From Okamejei kenojei (lineage: Eukaryota), in contig CM069152.1 in NCBI GenBank assembly GCA_035221665.1, forward strand, positions 13,516,001 through 13,580,000: 64,000 nucleotides of DNA, given 5' to 3'. The notes beneath the pieces are model-generated. The model saw only the letters and a list, made by a program, of their open reading frames with translations, ran no database searches and was not told where the DNA came from. A program made the translations under genes and the position numbers. Every line of letters starts with the position of its first letter. The stretch's first letter is position 1. This document shows positions 13,501 to 28,500 of this stretch, piece by piece.

Positions 13501-16500
13501 TCTATAATCTATTATCCCATTAACTCCATGCCCCTATAGACTTCAGGTTCTATCCCACTTTCCCTTCAATCTTTGAGTCACTTTATATCCCACCTAATCA
13601 AAACTCGCTCTTACATCTTCTCTCACATCATTTAATATCATCTCCTGTTCCTTGCAATAACCCTGTATCCCTTTATTCCCCATATTCCTTAAAATTCCAT
13701 CCAATCTAATCCCATAGGAGATACTTCCCTCAGCCTTTGATATTTTATTATCTACCATCAGTTTTTTGCCTCATTGCACATAGCTTTTAATATCCTTCCT
13801 TTTCTCATTCTTCGTAGCTTTTAATATCCCTTCAATGCCTTTAAATACCACTTCCACCCATTTCCATTCACTCCCTGCACCATTTAAGGTCAGATCAATC
13901 TAATCCACTTTACCCTGCAACTAACACACCATTTAATATCTTACTGGACTAAACTCTCCACCTCTCTCTCTCTCTCCACCCCTTTAATATTAAAACCAGT
14001 ACAATCCTTCTTTTCATTCCCCATATCCTTTAATATTCCTCACAACAAATCCTCAGTCAAACACGGTATAATATCCCATCATGTCAGGTAACATCAGAAG
14101 TTAGGGGCAGAGGGGGGAAAACAGAATCTAAGAAAGTTTCAGGTCAGTGATCCTTTCGCAGAAAGCCATTTACAGTGTATAGATATATGATAAGGGAAGT
14201 TTAAAATTGCAGGAAGGAGGTGGGATGGAACAAACAGAAGGAATGTCTGGGATTAAGCGTAAAAATATTGGCCAGATAATTATCATTTTAATGCACTGGC
14301 AGTTAGAGACAGATGAGAAAATAAATAAAGGAGCAGAGTCACACACCCTTGGGGAAAAAAAATCAGGTGGTGTGAAATGTTTTAATTCAGTAGTTTCATG
14401 GGAACAATGTACTCAGATGGAAGATGATATGCTGTTTCTCATGCTTATATTAGGTGTAGGAGGCCAAAGACAGAGTGATTGCAGTGGGAGTGGGACCTTA
14501 TTTTCAGTTTTTGTTTTGGATTTTTGGCATCTCCATTCAATAGTTTAGTTTAGTTGAGTTAGTTTAGTTTATTGTCACGTATACCGAGGTAGAGTGAAAA
14601 GCTTTTGTTGCGTGCTATCCAGTCAGCGAAAAGACATTACATGATTGCATTTAATGTTTTATGTGTCATTCCTAACTGTCACTGTATGTCATGTTGTCAC
14701 TTGCGGGCGGAGCACCAAGGCAAATTCCTTGTATGTGAATACTTGGCCAATAAACGTATTCATTCATTCATTCATATTAGAACCATTTACAGTGTATAGA
14801 TATATGATAAGGGAATAATGTTTAGCACAAGGAAAAGCCAGCAAAGCCCGATCAAGGATAGTCTGAGGGTCACCAATGAGGTAGATAATATCCCATTTAC
14901 TCTAATTCCCAGTTCCCTCTCACTCCTTAGGTCAGCCCAATTAATATGGCCAATAATATTCCACCCAGTCTGTTTACATCCTATCTATTTCAACCAATTA
15001 AATCACTGTAAATCCTTTGCCCTCCACCTCCTTTAATATCTAATCCAATCTAATCTCCTCCCTCAGTGCCCATGTTTTTAACATGTCACCAATCTCTGAC
15101 TCCTCATATCCGTTAATCTCCACAACAATCTAATCCCACTATCCCTTCATTCCCCATCTCCTTTAATATCCCTGCTTTAAGATCCTTTTCCTTAAAAAAA
15201 AAACACTCCTGTGAACCAGTTTTTGCACATTCATTTCTTCTTGAATGAGTTACATCAAGTTCTCAGCACTCTTGCCAGGCACTCCACAAGAAATTCTTCT
15301 CCTAAATCTTGATAACGAACCCCCTGCGTGAAAACATTGTCCGATAACCATTTCTTTGACACATTGATGATTAATTTATACTGAAACCTTGAAGTGGACA
15401 TTATTTGTCTCTGCACTACATCAATTAACATCCTTCAGGATTTTTATTAAATCTAAATGAAGTATATAAGATGAGAACAAATTGACAACAAATTATTATT
15501 TCTCTATTTATATTTGCAGGCAAGAATTTTCTGTGCCCTGTGAACTCATGGACTACAGGAGAAGAATTGGGACAAGATCTCCTGCGGCACAGGTAATCTT
15601 AGAGTCAGCAGAAGATTTATAAGCTTCAAGTAAGACGTTGATGGTTTAAAAAAATGTCTAATGGGTCTTAATCACCAAGAAATTCAATTTGTAACTCAAG
15701 GGTTATGTACACTGGCAATTTCTGTGAAAAAATATTAGGTTAATAAAAGTCAGAGATTTAATACATGGGTTGCAAAGTTAATAACTTTCTTTCCAATAGA
15801 TCCTCCATCACCGCGTTAGTGAATGGAGATACCTGATTCTGTGTAGAGACTTTCAGCAATGTGCAACCAACATTTTCACAATTGCTATCCACATGTGCAT
15901 GGCCTACAGATGATGTGGATTAAGCACACACTGAAGCTACATTCATCGTCTTGCAGGGCCAGTTGCAGCATGCAACCTATCTTATTACTTTGCAGGCCAT
16001 CAAGTCAAGTACTTGAAACTTATTTTACATAGGTCCTCTTTTGACAGCTGTCCCTTTGGTCCCTTTGCCCTTTCCCCTCTCTTGTCATGATCCGACATCC
16101 TCAATCTGATTGCAAGCCAAGCTCTTCCATGTTGCTGAACGCGCACCTCATTTTTTCCTCAACATAATTTCCCAACAAGATCAACTAGTTCCCTGTTTTC
16201 CCAATGACAGATAACCCAATTATCCCCAATCAACCTGTTGGTGTAATGGTTAAGGTACTAAACTAGTATTTCCAAAAAAAGGCACAAATGCTGGAGGTAG
16301 TTCAGCATGTCAGGCAGCATCCTTGGAGAACATGGATAGGTGACATTTCGGGTTGGGATCTGACACGAAACGTCATCAATCCATGTTCTCCAGAGATGCT
16401 GCTTGACCCACTGAGTTACTCCAGCATTTTGTGTCTTTCTTTGGTAAAGCAGCATCTGCAGTTCCTTGTTTCTACTATTTAAAGATAGCGGAGTCAAAGG

Positions 16501-19500
16501 ATATGGGGAGAAGGTAGGAACGGGGTGCTGATTGTGGATGATCAGCCATGATCACATTGAATGGCGGTGTTGGCTCGGAGGGGCGAATGGCCTACTCCTG
16601 CATATATTGTCTATTGTCTATTGTCCACAAACCTGGCCTAACCATCCAGAAATATTTATTTAAATCCAAGGCTACAGTTAAGGCAATTAAGTTTATTTAA
16701 ATAAAAACTAATATCCATCACAGAAGGAAATCTTCTTCCTTACCACAGCAATGTAGATCTTAACTGCCCTCTGAAATGATCAGGTCATTCAGATGTAGCA
16801 AAACACAAGTAGAATAAAACCAAACAGACTACCTGGCATTAATTAAGCACCTGATTCAGACATGACAGAATCACCCTGCCCAGTTATTCTAGCAAAACTC
16901 TTTTCAGAACAAAAAAGCTAACTGCTAAAGAACTCAGCTGGTCATACAGCATCTGTGGTGGCAAAGGGATGATCACGTATTGACCCTGCATCAGGACCCG
17001 AAACAACAATCGTCCCTTAGCCTCCACAGATGATGCTTTACCCACCAAGTTCTTCGAATAGTATATTTTTTGCTCCAGATTCCTGCAATCTCTTGTCTCT
17101 CTTTTCAAAACATCTAGGTCTGGTGTATAAATTGGTAATGATATCTCACAATTTAGTCAACAGTCTGAAATAATCATAATCACAAAGTCATTTCAAAGCT
17201 GAAGTCACAGATTCTTCCACCACAGTCACTGGAAATGTTCAGGACCAATTCGCCAGAGGTGGCAAGACAATGGTAAATTGTACATGTTGTACATTCAGGA
17301 AGGAGTGACCCTAGAACTCCTCAATGTTAACTTGATGTCTCAAAGTATAAGAAAATGTCCTGCCTATTATCACCTACTGCTTTGTGCACTGATGAATCAG
17401 TGGTCCATCACATGTCAGGTTATTTGGAAGAAGCTCTGAGTGTAAGGACAAAGCATGCACTCAGACGGGGGACTTCAGTGGGCATCACCCAGATGTTTCC
17501 ACTGCATCATCATGAAGAGAGTTGAGAGACTCCCGAAACTCTGCTGCCAGAGTGGATCTATGGTAGTTGTTGGGTGAACCACCTTGATCCCTCATTCACC
17601 TCTCTACCTGTTGTGGATGCATCTGTCCTTGATGGTTTAAGTAACCACTCCAAAATTATTGTAGAACCAAAATTCTGAATTTATTGAGGGGACGTTCTTC
17701 ATCGTCATACTACGTCACAAGGAGACAGGGGAATAAGGAGAGGAGGGGTGGGACATTGGAATTCATGGCCTGGGAGTCCGCATGGACAAGGGACAAATGG
17801 GCTCCTTCTATGTGGTTATGAATATAAAACTCCCAGAAGTATAGTTTGAGTACTTCAAAATGCACACAAATACGTTTACTGAGACATATGCTCTGAGAAA
17901 AATACACTGTATCCAGCTATATGTGTGATGTAAATACAAATATAAACACATATAAACATTTACAGTCACAGATACACAAAAACACAAATATACTGACCCC
18001 TCACAAAGATAAACAAGTACATGCAGACGACATACACATACATAGAAACTTATTGACTCCTTTCATAGATATAGATCTAGAAGTTTGATATACTGACACG
18101 CGCAGAAATATGAACATCAACATAGATGAACAAGCACCTACACACAAGGATACCTACTCTCACACAGTGCAATCACATTCAGTTACATAAGAAGAATTCA
18201 TACATGTGGGCACATTTAGATGCGGACAGCTAATAATGCGGTGCTTCTTTATTGCAGGGATATTACAGAAGGATGGCGAGGTTGGACTGTGGCAAGGAAG
18301 GATAAAGGCGAATGGACTGAGCTTGGAGGTCATGACTATGTAATGGACTTGGTGTCTGACCTGGAGCTCCCGACAGATTTTCCAAGGCAGAAATCCTTTT
18401 TTATGATTTCTTCTGAGGGAAAGACAAAAAGCCGGAAGAGTCGAAACGTGTGAGTATTTATTGGGCTCACCATGATGAGTACTGTCTTCTTCAACATTAT
18501 GGGTGGAGTTAAATTTCCTTAATGCTGAGATATGCGTACAGGGAACACATTTTCCATGTTCATTTTAATGGCAACAGAGCTCGGGAGTTTCTATAATAGG
18601 TTGTACTGAGTCTCCACTGAATTCTGCGCCCAATGAACGTAATGACGTAGCAACTCTTGGAGTCATAGAGTCATACCTGTAGAAACAGGCTGTTAGGCCC
18701 AACTCATCCATGCTGATGAAGATGTCGCATCTTAGCTAGTCCCACTTGCCCATGTTTGGCCCATATTCCTCTAAACCTTTCCTGTCCATGTACCTCTCCA
18801 AGTGTCTTTTAAATGCTGTTATAGTACCTGCTTCAACTACCTCCTCTGGCTGCTCGTTCCACATATTCACCACTTTCTGTGAAAAAGGTGCCCCTCAGGT
18901 TCCTATTGAATCTTCTGTAGTGCCTTCAATTTTCCATGCATTTAATACTAACGCTGGTGTTAAGTATTAGTATTTTTGTCCATAATGGAATATGTAAAAT
19001 ACTGTCAGATGGGCTGCAAAACAAACAGAAAATGTTTGGAGTGATTCCTTTAAATGTTCCAGTGTTGAATTATAATTAGAATTGTAGCTGTGCCCGGTCT
19101 CGGATTGCTGCTGGGACAGATTAACATTTGTGGATGTCCATTCAGTAACGTCTTTATTCCCGGGTAGTGTTTTTGGCCATGGTTTTGACTCGGATGAAGA
19201 TATTCCCTCGCCCCCTGTCACCCAGGCACCTGTCTTTGTGCCAGATTCGGAGAGATATCCTACCGGATCGATTAGGCGAGGTGAGATTGCTTTATCTAAG
19301 TTTTCTGAATGCGAGTTACATTAAAGTGTGGGTACTGTACTTACTTTCTAAAGCCTGAAACTGAAGCGCAATTCATAGTGACAATTAGTGTTGTAACTAT
19401 TACTCATGGATATCTTTGCTGAGGTGAATGATGCTCGTGGGGATTATTATACTTGTGATTGTTACTCATGGTGATAACTGCTTTTAGTGATTGTTACTCA

Positions 19501-22500
19501 TTGCGATTATTGTTCTTGTATTTATTGTTCTTGAAGCAATTGTTTTTGATTATTTTATTTCCTCTCTTTAATAGATTCCGATGCCTTCAATGAACGGCGG
19601 TCTCAGAAAGGACTTGATCGCTATCTTGATAGCTTGTTTGATCCTGTTTTATCTTATGAAAACGGGGTAAGGAAAGTCAGGCAATGTTCTAAAAGGATAC
19701 GCACGTCAGATTAGATGCTTCTTTCGAACAAGTAATAATTTTTTGATGATGGATTCGAAGATAATTTACAGAAGCCAAAGTTAACCTGTGACACAATACT
19801 AAAAAGATTTAAGCTTAAAGGGAATTTTATCTCAAAGAACCTGGAGTTGCACTTCTAGCAAAGTCAACTTTGTTATCTTTTCTTTCAAAGTAACAATTGG
19901 GTGAGAGACAAATTCTCGAAGGATAGATGGATAAACTGGTTTTCCAAGGACAGCAAAGCTTCAGAAAATCCTAAAAGAGATGGACAGTGATATGTTTGAC
20001 CCAAGCCTTCACAACAGCAATTCTAAATTATTTTCAAGCTGCCCCATACTTTTGTACACTCAAATATTCTGGGCGTCTATCTATTGCTGTATTCCGCAGG
20101 AAATTTGGGATATCCCAATTTATTGGAGGCTGCATTACCCCAGCGTTCTGGAGTGTATTTCTGTGACCCCAGTATTTTGTAGGTGTTTGTGTTAGTCTGG
20201 AGGATAGCAAGGTTAACCCCAGTACTCCTGTGAGCTTTCAAGTTACTCTGTAGGATATTGGGTTACACCAGTGTTCTGATGATATTTAGGTTGCATCAGT
20301 AATCTTGGAGATTTTCAAATGAGCTCAAATGATTAGTAGATGCAGGGCGTATATCATTATATTTATTGTATTAATGACATAGAAAGGGACATTAATCCAA
20401 TGTGTTAATGCAGCTTCCAAAGCATTCTCATCACTTTCTTCTCCAGTAATCTCTCATATACCCATCAACCTGATTTGCTTGCTGATATACCAACATTTGC
20501 AGTAGCATATTAATCTTTCAACTATCACTTTTTTTTACGACGAGAGAGAAAATTCTAACACCCAGGAGTAATCCAGAAGAAAACTGACAGGGATAATGCA
20601 AAAATGCTATAGTGTATACCTTCAATGCAAACACTCCTAGGTTCCTAAACAATTGGATTACCTAAAAATTAAAATGTGAAAGCATGGAGATATACTGTAC
20701 AACAAATATTTTGCCAATATTATTAGTTAGGAGGGTTTATTTAACACTTGAGAATTTCTTTAGGCTTGGGGATGATATGGTGTGGGGTTTAATTGACTGA
20801 TGAGGTTTTATTAAGCTGTGGATAAAGGTGTATTGTGCAATTTATTTCAATAGCAGGATTTAAATTGAGGATAGTTCTAAAATTTAAGTTAAGTTGTTGG
20901 GTTAACAAAGTGCATATCAAATTTGTACCTCTGTGTTGAGTTGTGTGGTGGGAATTACTCATGCAGCGGGTTTTGATTCAAAGTACTTTGTTGTTTCTTT
21001 CTATTTTTGGATTTGGAGCGAACTTCCTTAGTGTCAAACAGAATGAAAGGAGGCGGAAAAGTAGGACCTGGCAATGGAGACGGAACTCAGCTGAGCCATC
21101 AGGGACTTGCTAAGAGGCCAGGAGCCCCACAGCGTCAGTATTGGCAGTGTTATTTGTGTGATGCTTTCTGTTAAAACTTTAGTTACGCATTCTGTTCATC
21201 GGTATCAGAGTGAAACAATAACACTTGCACCATAAGTAAGACCACCACCACTCACAATTATACCAGTCTCAGACAGGTTTGCAACATCAATTAATTTGCT
21301 TAATCAGGAGGCAAAAAGAAATAGCCAGAGCTCTTTCCCAGGGATGCTCCTGTTGCTGTGGAGGAAACTACCCTTTTCCCAACTGCCTTATTCCCATCTC
21401 CAGATCAATTTCTACCCAACATATTCAAATGTAAAAGCAATCACTGGACACAGAACCTTTTGCTGGTAACAGAATCCAGCCCAATTACCACTTCTAGACC
21501 TATTAACCTTCCCAGATTTCTACTGTAGGGAAACTGGACATAAAGGAAAGACAAGAAAATACAAAGTAATTCCGCAGAAGGAAAAGGTAGACGCGTGCTG
21601 GAGTAAATCAGCGGGTCAGGCATCATCCCTGGAGGAAACAGATGGGTGACGTTTTGGGTCAGGACCCTTCTTCAGATTCTAAAGACCCACTTCAGACCCA
21701 CTGAGTGACTCCAGCAATTTGTGTCCACCTTTGGTATAAGCCAGCATCTGCAGTTCGCGTTTCTAAATGGAAAAGGTGCTTGTTTGTAATTTAATTAGTC
21801 CTGCTATTCTTTAATTTTGTTTTCCAGGCTATGAGCCTCCTCAAATAAATGCCCAGCAGCAAGATTTCATTAACCAGCAAGCTTACCTTCTGGTAAGTTC
21901 CAGTTTACCCATCTTAATAGTTGGTAACATTGAACAATGTAAAAACTAGAAGAGACCAGGACTCCTAATGGTCAGTGATTTAATGGTCAACCCATTGTGA
22001 AACTGATCATCGGTTGTTTGAATACTGCAGGTGATAATTTCGGTCCATGTGGCCCCAATGAAGAATACTCAAATTTCCTGCTGTTGATCATTGCCTTGTT
22101 CTTGCTGCCACAATATCCTTTTACTCTTGCAGAATGGGCTCACAACAAAGCATTTCCACTAAGCTTCATTGCATGAGGAGTGTTCATTCCTAGAGTTCTG
22201 ATTCAGTGTTAATACTAAAACATGCCAATGGTTTAACTGGACTGTACTGAACATTTGTAACAAACCAGAGTCCCATTTTTAGTCCCATCCAAATGCTGAC
22301 TTTATGATTAAAAAGATGTATATGTGATTGACGAACAGGCCCAGCAGATGACCATGCAGGCCATGGCTCTCCAACAGCAAATGACAAGTGCCAGCCCCCC
22401 AGATGCCATGCTGAACCACAATCCAAGCCTGAACCATAACCACAGCACTGCCATGAAACCCACTACCAGCAACCAAAAGACACCCAACCAAAAAATGGGC

Positions 22501-25500
22501 CTTCCTCCACAGGTAGGAGCACCAATTTTACACAGAAAATTGATATGTGCAAATGAACACTACTTCTTGGGTGTGACAAACTGCTGGACTTCAGAATAAG
22601 ATATTTCACATATTGACATAATTACTCTGAGAAAGCAGGTAATGAGTCAGAAGTGTGTAGAGATCTGAACTGAAACCACCTGTAAAATCTACAGTGGGTG
22701 TCAATGTCGTCCAAATATTTTTCTGTCTGCAATTTCACTTCCGCTCATCATTGCATTATTGTTATTGCCATGGGTATTTCATGGCCCTTTTTGGCCCTCC
22801 AAGTTCTCTGCTGTATTTTTTTTCAGGCTTTCTTTATATTCCTCAAATCTTCCAACTAGCCAATGCCTTCTTAAATGTAACAAGCCATCATGTGAATGTT
22901 CATTGGATTCTGAATGTACAGTACGTTATTGTTCTCGTTGAACCAAGAGCTATCAGTGCTTTAGCCTAGAATGATTTTCCATGGTTTTAGTTTAGTTTAG
23001 TTTAGAGACTCAGCATGGAAACAGGCCCTTCGCCCACAGTCCACGCTGACCATCGATCACCCATACACCTTAGTTTCACATCCACTCCCCACACACTAAG
23101 GACAATTTACAGATGCCAATTAACCTGGCACTCGAAGGCAGCAACTCTACCACTGTGCCTCTGTGCTGCCCCTTTTCCTAGAAATGTAATATATTTGTTT
23201 CTTAACGATGCAACAATTCAATGAAAAATAAAAGCCAGTTAGAAATATCATCTGAATTGCAAGGTTCACATTCTCATTCCTGAGCATTCCTGCATCAATG
23301 TATCAAGGCAAGGAGGCTCTCCAAAGAATGCTGTATTAACAATGGCCTCCATTATGACTGGACACCGTTTCAATGATTTCCAGTGCTCGATGTGTGCCCT
23401 GCAACATCTGTAAACTACTCATGATGAACTCAGCTTTCACTATTCCTGCTACCTAACCACAAGACGGCCTTCCGACATGGTACAGAGAAGGAGTGTATTC
23501 GGAGAATACAACTGGTAAACTGACTTATGGAAGCCATATTATGTAAAATAAAATAAATACTTGCCTTGTTTCGGATTATGTAAGCAGGTGCAAGAAGATT
23601 TTACAGCATGTTGTAAAGGTGCAAGAGAGCGTGCATCTCCAAAAAATGCAATTGGGTGTCAGGGAGGTTGAGAAATAGGAGGATGCCCTCAATTGACAGT
23701 CAACAAAGCCTTTTCTGGTTTGCTCAACGTGGTAGGAAATGTTTAAGAAGGAACTGCAGATGCTGGAAAATCGAAGATAGACAAAAGTGCTGGAGAAACT
23801 CAGCAGGTGCAGCAGCATCTATGGAAGGAAGGAAATAGGCAACATTTCAGGCCGAAACCCTTCTTCAGTCGTAGGAAACTTCGTAGGAAATGTGGCAGAC
23901 AATGTTTACACAGTGACACCCATAAACAACAAAGTGATATTGACTACATAATCTGTTTTAGTGATGGTTTGGTCGTGATGTAAATATTGGCTTGGAACAT
24001 TGGGAATAACACATTTTCATAAAAATGGGAATGGCAACACTGACACCCATCAAAGAAAATAGACGGGACATCAAGACATCAAGTCTCATTGCACCACATC
24101 TGGACCCGCCACAGTAAAACATTGATGAAGCAACCTTCCCTCAGTGCAGCACCTAGTCAGTTCTTGCTCCCATGCAGGGCATAAATCCCTGTGCTACACC
24201 TCCAACAGTGCAATGGTCTCTTAGGTGCTGCCCATACAACCGCCTGGAATTATCTTGGTGCTACCTCCCAACAGTGTGACACTCCCTGGTTATTGCCCTC
24301 CAACTGTGTAGTGTTTCTTAATGCTGCACAGGAGTATTCGCTCGGATTATGTTTCTCAAGATCTATGAGGTCGGACACATACCCACGGCTCTGAATGAGG
24401 TGAAAATACAGCCACTATGCCGTCACCATCACACATATTGAGCAATGGCTTTGTTTTAGTTTACTACAGATAGTTATGATATTGCAGTTGGAATATTAAA
24501 TTATTGTGCCTCCAAATGTGTTACAGACAAATGCTGCCAATAAAGATTTTGTCCAGCCAGAGATCTCCCATCATGCTGCCAAAGGAAAGCCAGCTGTCAT
24601 CACACCCAGTAAGTCTTCCACAGCACATGAACCTAAGTGCCCACTTTTAATGGACATCATAATTAGCTTCATTATAAAGTAGACCGGCAAGGAGATCAAT
24701 GGTATTTGATGTCTGTATCTGATGTAAATGATTAGTGGTAACTACAACAGGTAAAAAACTGTACCTGAAACAGTAACCTGTGCCTTGGATGGAGGTGTTG
24801 CTATTTCCACAACAAGTAGAAAACTATAATCCGGATGAATGGATGAGATTGAAAGATGTCACAGCTGCACTCAGACAGGACATACTGGAGGGTTCATCCA
24901 CGGGGATAATATGGGTGGAGTTCAAAAATAGGAAAAGTGCGAGCACTGTGATGGTTTTATGGTGTAGGCCTCCCAGACAACAGCGAGAGATAGTGGAATA
25001 GGTAGGTAGACAGATTATGGATAGATGTGAAGGCAACAGGCTTGTCGTAGTGGGTGACTTACATTTCCCCATTGTTGACCGGGACATCCTTAGTGCAAGA
25101 AGCTTAGACAGGGCAAAATTTGTGAGTGGATGCAATAGGGTTTCTTGAAAAAGGATCTCGACCAGAAACGTCACCTATTCCTTTTCTCCAGAGATGCGAC
25201 CTGACCCGCTGAGTTACTGCAGCATTTGGTGTCTAGCCTCTGTGGATAATCCTTCTCGAGGAGGGAACCATACTGGACCTTTTATTGGGAAACTAGCTTG
25301 GTGAGGCGACTGGTATTTTAGTGAGAGATCGCTTGGAGAACAGTGATCACAACTCAATTTTGAGATACAAAAGGACACAAAATGATGGAGTAACTCAGCG
25401 GGTCAGGCAGCATCACCGGAGAATGTGGCTCGGTGATGTTTCAGGTGGAGACCCTTCTTCAGATTGAGTACAACAAAAGCACTGGGTAAGGAAATGGATG

Positions 25501-28500
25501 AGAGCATGAGCTTTGTGAAGGTATGCTGTGAGCTGAAGGGTGGTTTGGGTTGGTGCTTAATGGGAGCATCAGGGTGTTGTGAAGTGAAATGAAAGGGCAC
25601 AAGAACATGAAATAGGATAAGGAGTTTCACCCTCTGAAGTCTGCTTCATTATTCAACATCTACAGCACATTTATCTCCTTTTGAGGTTTCAAGGTCAGTT
25701 TATTGTCACATGTACCAATTAGGGTACAGTTACATTTGAGTTACCATACAGCCATATTAAGTGAAAAGCAAACAAAACACACAACCACTTAAAAGTAAAC
25801 ATAAACATCCATGACAGTGGATTACACATTCCTCACTGTGATGGAAGGCAATAAAGTTCAATCTTCTTCCTCTTGTTCACCCGCAGTCGAGGCAGTCAAA
25901 CCATCCGCAGTTGGGGCGATCAAAGCCCCCGCAGTTGACGATCGAAGCCCCCGTCGGGGTGATTGAAACTCCAGTACTTTACTCAAATATGATTTCCTTA
26001 TTATAAATCAATGTTGACTTTGCCCATTCGTGTCATTATTTTTAAGTGTCTTGACATCATATTATTTTCTGTAAATTCCAGCATTTTTCCAACCACCAAT
26101 GTAAGACCTACATGTTATTACTTCCCCATCTTCGCACTCGCTCCATTCTTAATCAGAGTGCTTATATTTGCAATCCTCCAATCTGCAGCAATCATTCCAG
26201 AATCATTCATTTATTTAAGATGATAATCAAACCTGGGATGTTTACCAGGACACCTGGGCCACGGTGAGCATTGGAACTGTGATTTGGATCCATGAGCTGG
26301 GACAGGGAACTGGGCCCCTGCCAATTACAGTGACACTGACCCTGTCAGACAGTTTAGTTGAGGGAGAATTTGCATAGCAGGATGAGTTCCATACAGCCAG
26401 CAGCTGATAGCAAGGGAAGTCCAGTTATCTCTTTCTGGAACCAGTTCCCTTTCTGTGTCATGCACTGATTCTTTACCATTGTGAACTAGAATTGTTTCTA
26501 GGTTTTGTCTCTATCATTAGAAATGGCAAACAAAATGCACCCAATTAATGTGTAAGAAGGAACTGCAGATGCTGGTTTGCACTGAAGACGGACACAAAGT
26601 GCTGGAGTAACTCAGCGGGCCAGGTGGCATCCCTGGAGAAAAGGAATACATGATGTTTACTCTCTATTGTATTAAACTTACTGGATAGATGAAGTTAAAA
26701 TTACTACATAGGTTTCTTAAATAATAATATCGTCTGATGAAGGGTCTCGACCCGAAATATCACATATTCCTTTTCTCCAGAGATGCTGCCTGATCCACTG
26801 AGTTATTTTGTGTCTATCTTTAGACCCAATTAAAACCTTTCAGTGATTCCGTCTCTCAGGGTAGTGAATCCATAAATGCTGAAATATAAATGTAAGATCA
26901 TAACACCACAATTTAGAGTCTTGTAATATTACATAATTCTTGTTATTAAACTGTTTTACAAGTAATACCACACATGTTTTTTTTGCATTAATCCTTTCTC
27001 TGTAATTCAGGAGCTTCCCAAACACCCAAACTCAATGTTGCAACACAAGACCCCGTTCGACACATGATGTTGAATTCAGGGCACCTTCCAGAGCCCACAC
27101 ACAACATCAAGGACATTATAAAGCAATACGAGCAGCCAGCAACTCGCAAGCAAGTTGGACTAATCAGGTAGAGCTGAATAATACATTTGTCCAAGTGTGG
27201 ATCTAATATGGCACTGTTAATTGTTGGCATATGCCGGCTTGCAAGTAGCATTGGCTGCCTACATCCCTACATTGTGTGTGAAGCTTCAGTGGCTGGTCTG
27301 TGTCATATGGTACAACAATGTAAGTTTGCACAGTCATCCATGTTATTAAGAAGAATGCTAATCAGGAACAAGTGTTTCCACTCTAGTTCATTGACAGAGC
27401 TTTTAAAGGGAAGAACGTTCGGAAGGAGGTTTGTTTCATATGATGCAATTAAATAAACACATCAGGGTTTAGAGTCATGGAGGGTTCACAGCACAGAAAT
27501 AGGCCCTTCAGACCACGGAGCCCATCTCCACCAATTCACATCTTTAATCCCTCTTATTTTATTCTTCTCGCATTCTCATCAATTTCCCTGATTCTGCCAC
27601 TCACTGTAGGGCAATTTATAGTGGCCAATATTTCACTTTCAACATTTATGATTCTGGATGAAACGGAACATTTGGATGAATTACACACATTCACAAGGAG
27701 AACAAGCAAATTATCCACAGACAATAGCTGAGGTCAAGATTTAACCCAGTTTAACTATTCAGATTCTGCACCAACAGACAGATAGGATATGGATTAATTC
27801 ATTGTAATAACTTACCCCCAAATTGTCTAAGTTCTAAAATAACCTGTAGCTTTGCCGAAGGAAATATGAAACATGTCTGGAGATCTTGATGAGATTGGTG
27901 TTTGGATAAGGTTGAATACTTGTTTCCCTCATCAGGAAAGAAGGTGGTAAGATTTTCACCAGGAGGACGGATCCCCATGAAGAGGCAATGTCTATCTTGA
28001 AAGGACAGAAAACACTGTATGTATCCCAGGTAAGGTAACTACCCAAATGCAGTCACTTTCCAGATCTTTATTCCAGAGCAGCTGTATTTTTTTAATTTCA
28101 ACAAGGAAATGGATTCCATGGCAAATTCATATTATAGATATATAAACAGATTAAAACAGGTTGTGTAAATGAGTGAATTGCCTCGCTCTATCTGCTTTGT
28201 GATTCCTTGAGATTTCTTGTCCTTTGTTGAGAGTGAAGGTAGAAATATTTTCCATGAACAAGTGGCAAAGATACCAGGAAGCATATGCCAGAGATTTGAG
28301 CTTAGTCAATTTTTCATTGTTGTCTTATCGTCGGATCCTTGTTTTGTCTATAAAATGTGTAAAATATTCTCCTGCTGCAAAACAAAATTTGCACAAAGAC
28401 TTAAGGGTCTAATAATGGCTGTGACTCGTTCTAGTGATTGTTGACTAATTGCTTTTTAGTCTTAAGTCTTAAGTTGCTTTTTGTTGTTCTTCAATAGTGT

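Noticed and set aside
17900-18210. AC-rich tract as a functional element
   Set aside because: Ordinary decayed (CA)n/(CATA)n microsatellite sequence
19141-19167. Upstream acceptor ttcag at 19145 for exon 17
   Set aside because: Needs phase 1, but the available exon 16 donors give phase 2 or 0
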